Below are positions 61,780 through 64,000 of a stretch of 64,000 nucleotides of DNA, piece after piece (the first letter of the stretch is position 1; each line of letters opens with the position of its first letter). A program made the translations under genes and the position numbers. The stretch is taken from contig NC_083417.1 in the NCBI RefSeq assembly GCF_020745735.1, positions 72,664,001 through 72,728,000 on the forward strand, read 5' to 3'. The notes below the pieces were generated by a model that was given only the letters and a program-made list of their open reading frames with translations, made no database searches and had not been told where the DNA came from. The DNA is from Hemiscyllium ocellatum (lineage: Eukaryota).

Positions 61780-64000
61780 TTTAAGTCAAAGAGTCATAGA
61801 GATGTACAGCATGGAAACAGACCCTTTGGTCTAACCAACCCATGTTGACAAGATATCCCAACCCAATCTAGTCCCACCTACCAGCACCCGGCCCATATCC
61901 CTCCAAACGTTTCCTATTCATACACCCATCCAAATGCCTCTGAAATTTTGCAATTGTACCAGCCTCCATCACTTCCTCTGGCAGCTCATTCCATACATGT
62001 ACTACTCTCTGTGTGAAAAAGTTGCCCCTTAGGTCTCTTTTATATCTTTCCCCTCTCACCCTAAACATATACCCTCTCTTTCTGGACTCCTCAACCCCAG
62101 GGAAAAGACTCTGCCTATTTACCCTATTCACGCCCCTCATAATTTTGTAAACCTCTATAAGGTCACCCCTCGGCCTCCTACACTCCAGGGAAAACAGCGC
62201 TAGCCTGCTCAGCCTCTCCCTGTACCTCAAATCCTCCAACCCTGGCAACATCTTTGTAAATCTTTTCTGAACCCTTTCAAGTTTCGCAACATCTTTCCAA
62301 TAGGAAGGAGACCAGAATTGCACGCAATATTCCAACAGTGGCCTAACCAATGTCATGTACAGCCGCAACATGACCTCCCAACTCCTGTACTCAATACTCC
62401 GACCAATAAAGGAAAGCATACCAAACGCCTTCTTCACTATCCTACCTACCTACAACTCCACTTTCAAGGAGCTATGAACCTGCACTCCAAGATCTGTTTG
62501 TTCAGCAACACTCCTTAGGACCTTACCATTAAGTGTTTAATTCCTGCTAGCATTTGCTTTCCCAAAATGCAGCACCTTGCATTTATCTGAATTAAACTCC
62601 ATCTGCCCCTTCTCAGCCCATTGGCCCATCAGGTCAAGATCCTGTTGTAATCTGAGGTAACCCTCTTCACTATCCACTACACCTCCAATTATGGTGTCAT
62701 CTGTAAACTTATTAACTGTACCTCTTATGCTCACATCCAAATCATTTATGTAAATCACAAAAAACGGAGGGCCTAGCACCAACCCTTGTGACACTCCACT
62801 GGTCACAGGCCCCCAGTGTGAAAAGCAACCCTCCACCACCCTCTGTCTTCTATCTTTGAGCCAATTCTCCATTCAAATGGCTAGTTCTGCCTTTATTCCA
62901 TGAGACCTAACCTTGCTAATCAGTATTCCATGGGGAACCTTGTCGAATGTCTTACTGAAGTCCATATAGATCACATCTACTGCTCTGCACTCATCAATCT
63001 TCTTTGTTACTTCTTCAAAAAACTCAATCAAGTTTGTGAGACATGATTTCCCACGCACAAAGCCATGTTGACTATCCCTAATCAATCCTTGTCTTTCTAA
63101 ATACATGCACATCCTGTCCCTCAGGATTCCCTCCAACAATTTGCCCACCACTGAGGTCAGGCTCACCGGTCTATAGTTCCCTGGCTTGTCTTTACCACCA
63201 TTTTTAAACAGTGGCACCACGTTTGCCAACCTCCAGTCTTCTGGCACCTCACCTGTGACTATCAATGATACAAATATGTCAGCAAGAGGCCCATCAATCA
63301 CTTCTCTAGATTCCCACAGAGTTCTAGGTTACACCTGATCAGGTACTGGGGATTTATCCACCTTTATGCATTTCAAGACATCCAGCACTTCCTCCTCTAT
63401 AATCTGGACATTTTGCAAGATGTCACCATCTATTTTCCTACAGTCTATATCTCCCATATCCTTTTCCACAGTAAATATTGATGCAAAATATTCATTTAGT
63501 ATCTCTCCATTTTCTGTGGTTCCACACAAAGGTCACCTTGCTGATCTTTGAGGGGCCCTATTCTCTCCCTAGTTACCCTTTTGTCCTTAATGTATTTGTA
63601 AAAACCCTTTGGATTCTCCATGGCTCTATTTGCCAAAGCTATATCATTTCCCCCTTTTGCCCCCCTGATTTCCCTCTTAAGAATACTCCTTCTGCCTTCA
63701 TACTCTTCTAAGAATTCACTCGATCTATCCTGTCTATACCTTGCATATGCTTCCTTTTTCTTAACCAAACCCTCAATTTCTCTTGTCAGCCAGCCTTGCC
63801 TTTCACCCTAACTGGGATATCCATTCTCTGGTTTCTTGTTATTTCAGTTCTGAAAGCTTCCTATTTTCCAGCCATCCCTTTACCTGCAAACATTTGCCCC
63901 CAAACAGCTTTTGAGATTTCTTGCCTAATACCATCAAAATTGGCCTTTCTCCAATTTAGAACTTCAACTTTTAGATCTGGTCTATCCTTTTCTATCATTA
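61780..64000 (-). mobile_element. CR1/HER1-type LINE, decayed ORF2, continuing past the window end
   Basis: NYRPVSLTSVVGKLLE, YMDFSKTFDKVPH, FTDDT, LEYCVQFWSP split over stops and frameshifts. Confidence 0.95.

Noticed and set aside
1-64000. CRISPR arrays, rRNA, or prokaryotic operons
   Set aside because: None seen; the sequence is spliced vertebrate DNA and the repeats are TE-derived or segmental.

Overview
Eukaryotic, intron-rich and very TE-rich DNA. tRNA-headed HE1-type SINEs, CR1/HER1-type LINEs and Penelope-like elements point to a cartilaginous fish, probably a shark (inference). The non-TE content is a minus-strand, head-to-tail cluster of non-rearranging antigen-receptor-like IgSF genes. 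One copy looks intact (54659->49728: leader, V exon with a germline-joined J-like G strand NGTGSRLVI, C1-set exon, TM exon, probably a very short tail; about 265 aa by manual splicing). Two paralogues are disabled. One lies at 804->253 (leader frameshift, nonsense codon in V). The other lies at 17948->15777 (leader and V frameshifts, lost Cys, C1 exon with a dead acceptor cut off by a LINE). These two sit in a segmental duplication (1-~11.8 kb vs ~17.15-35.2 kb) with copy-specific TE insertions. An older duplicated non-TE block occurs at ~37.4-40.3 kb vs ~43.4-48.1 kb. Many Penelope-type termini carry minimal hammerhead ribozyme cores with compensatory stem changes, and they often occur as fold-back (inverted) pairs. 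Splice models, alignments and TE boundaries were derived by eye; TE ends are approximate and no database search was possible.
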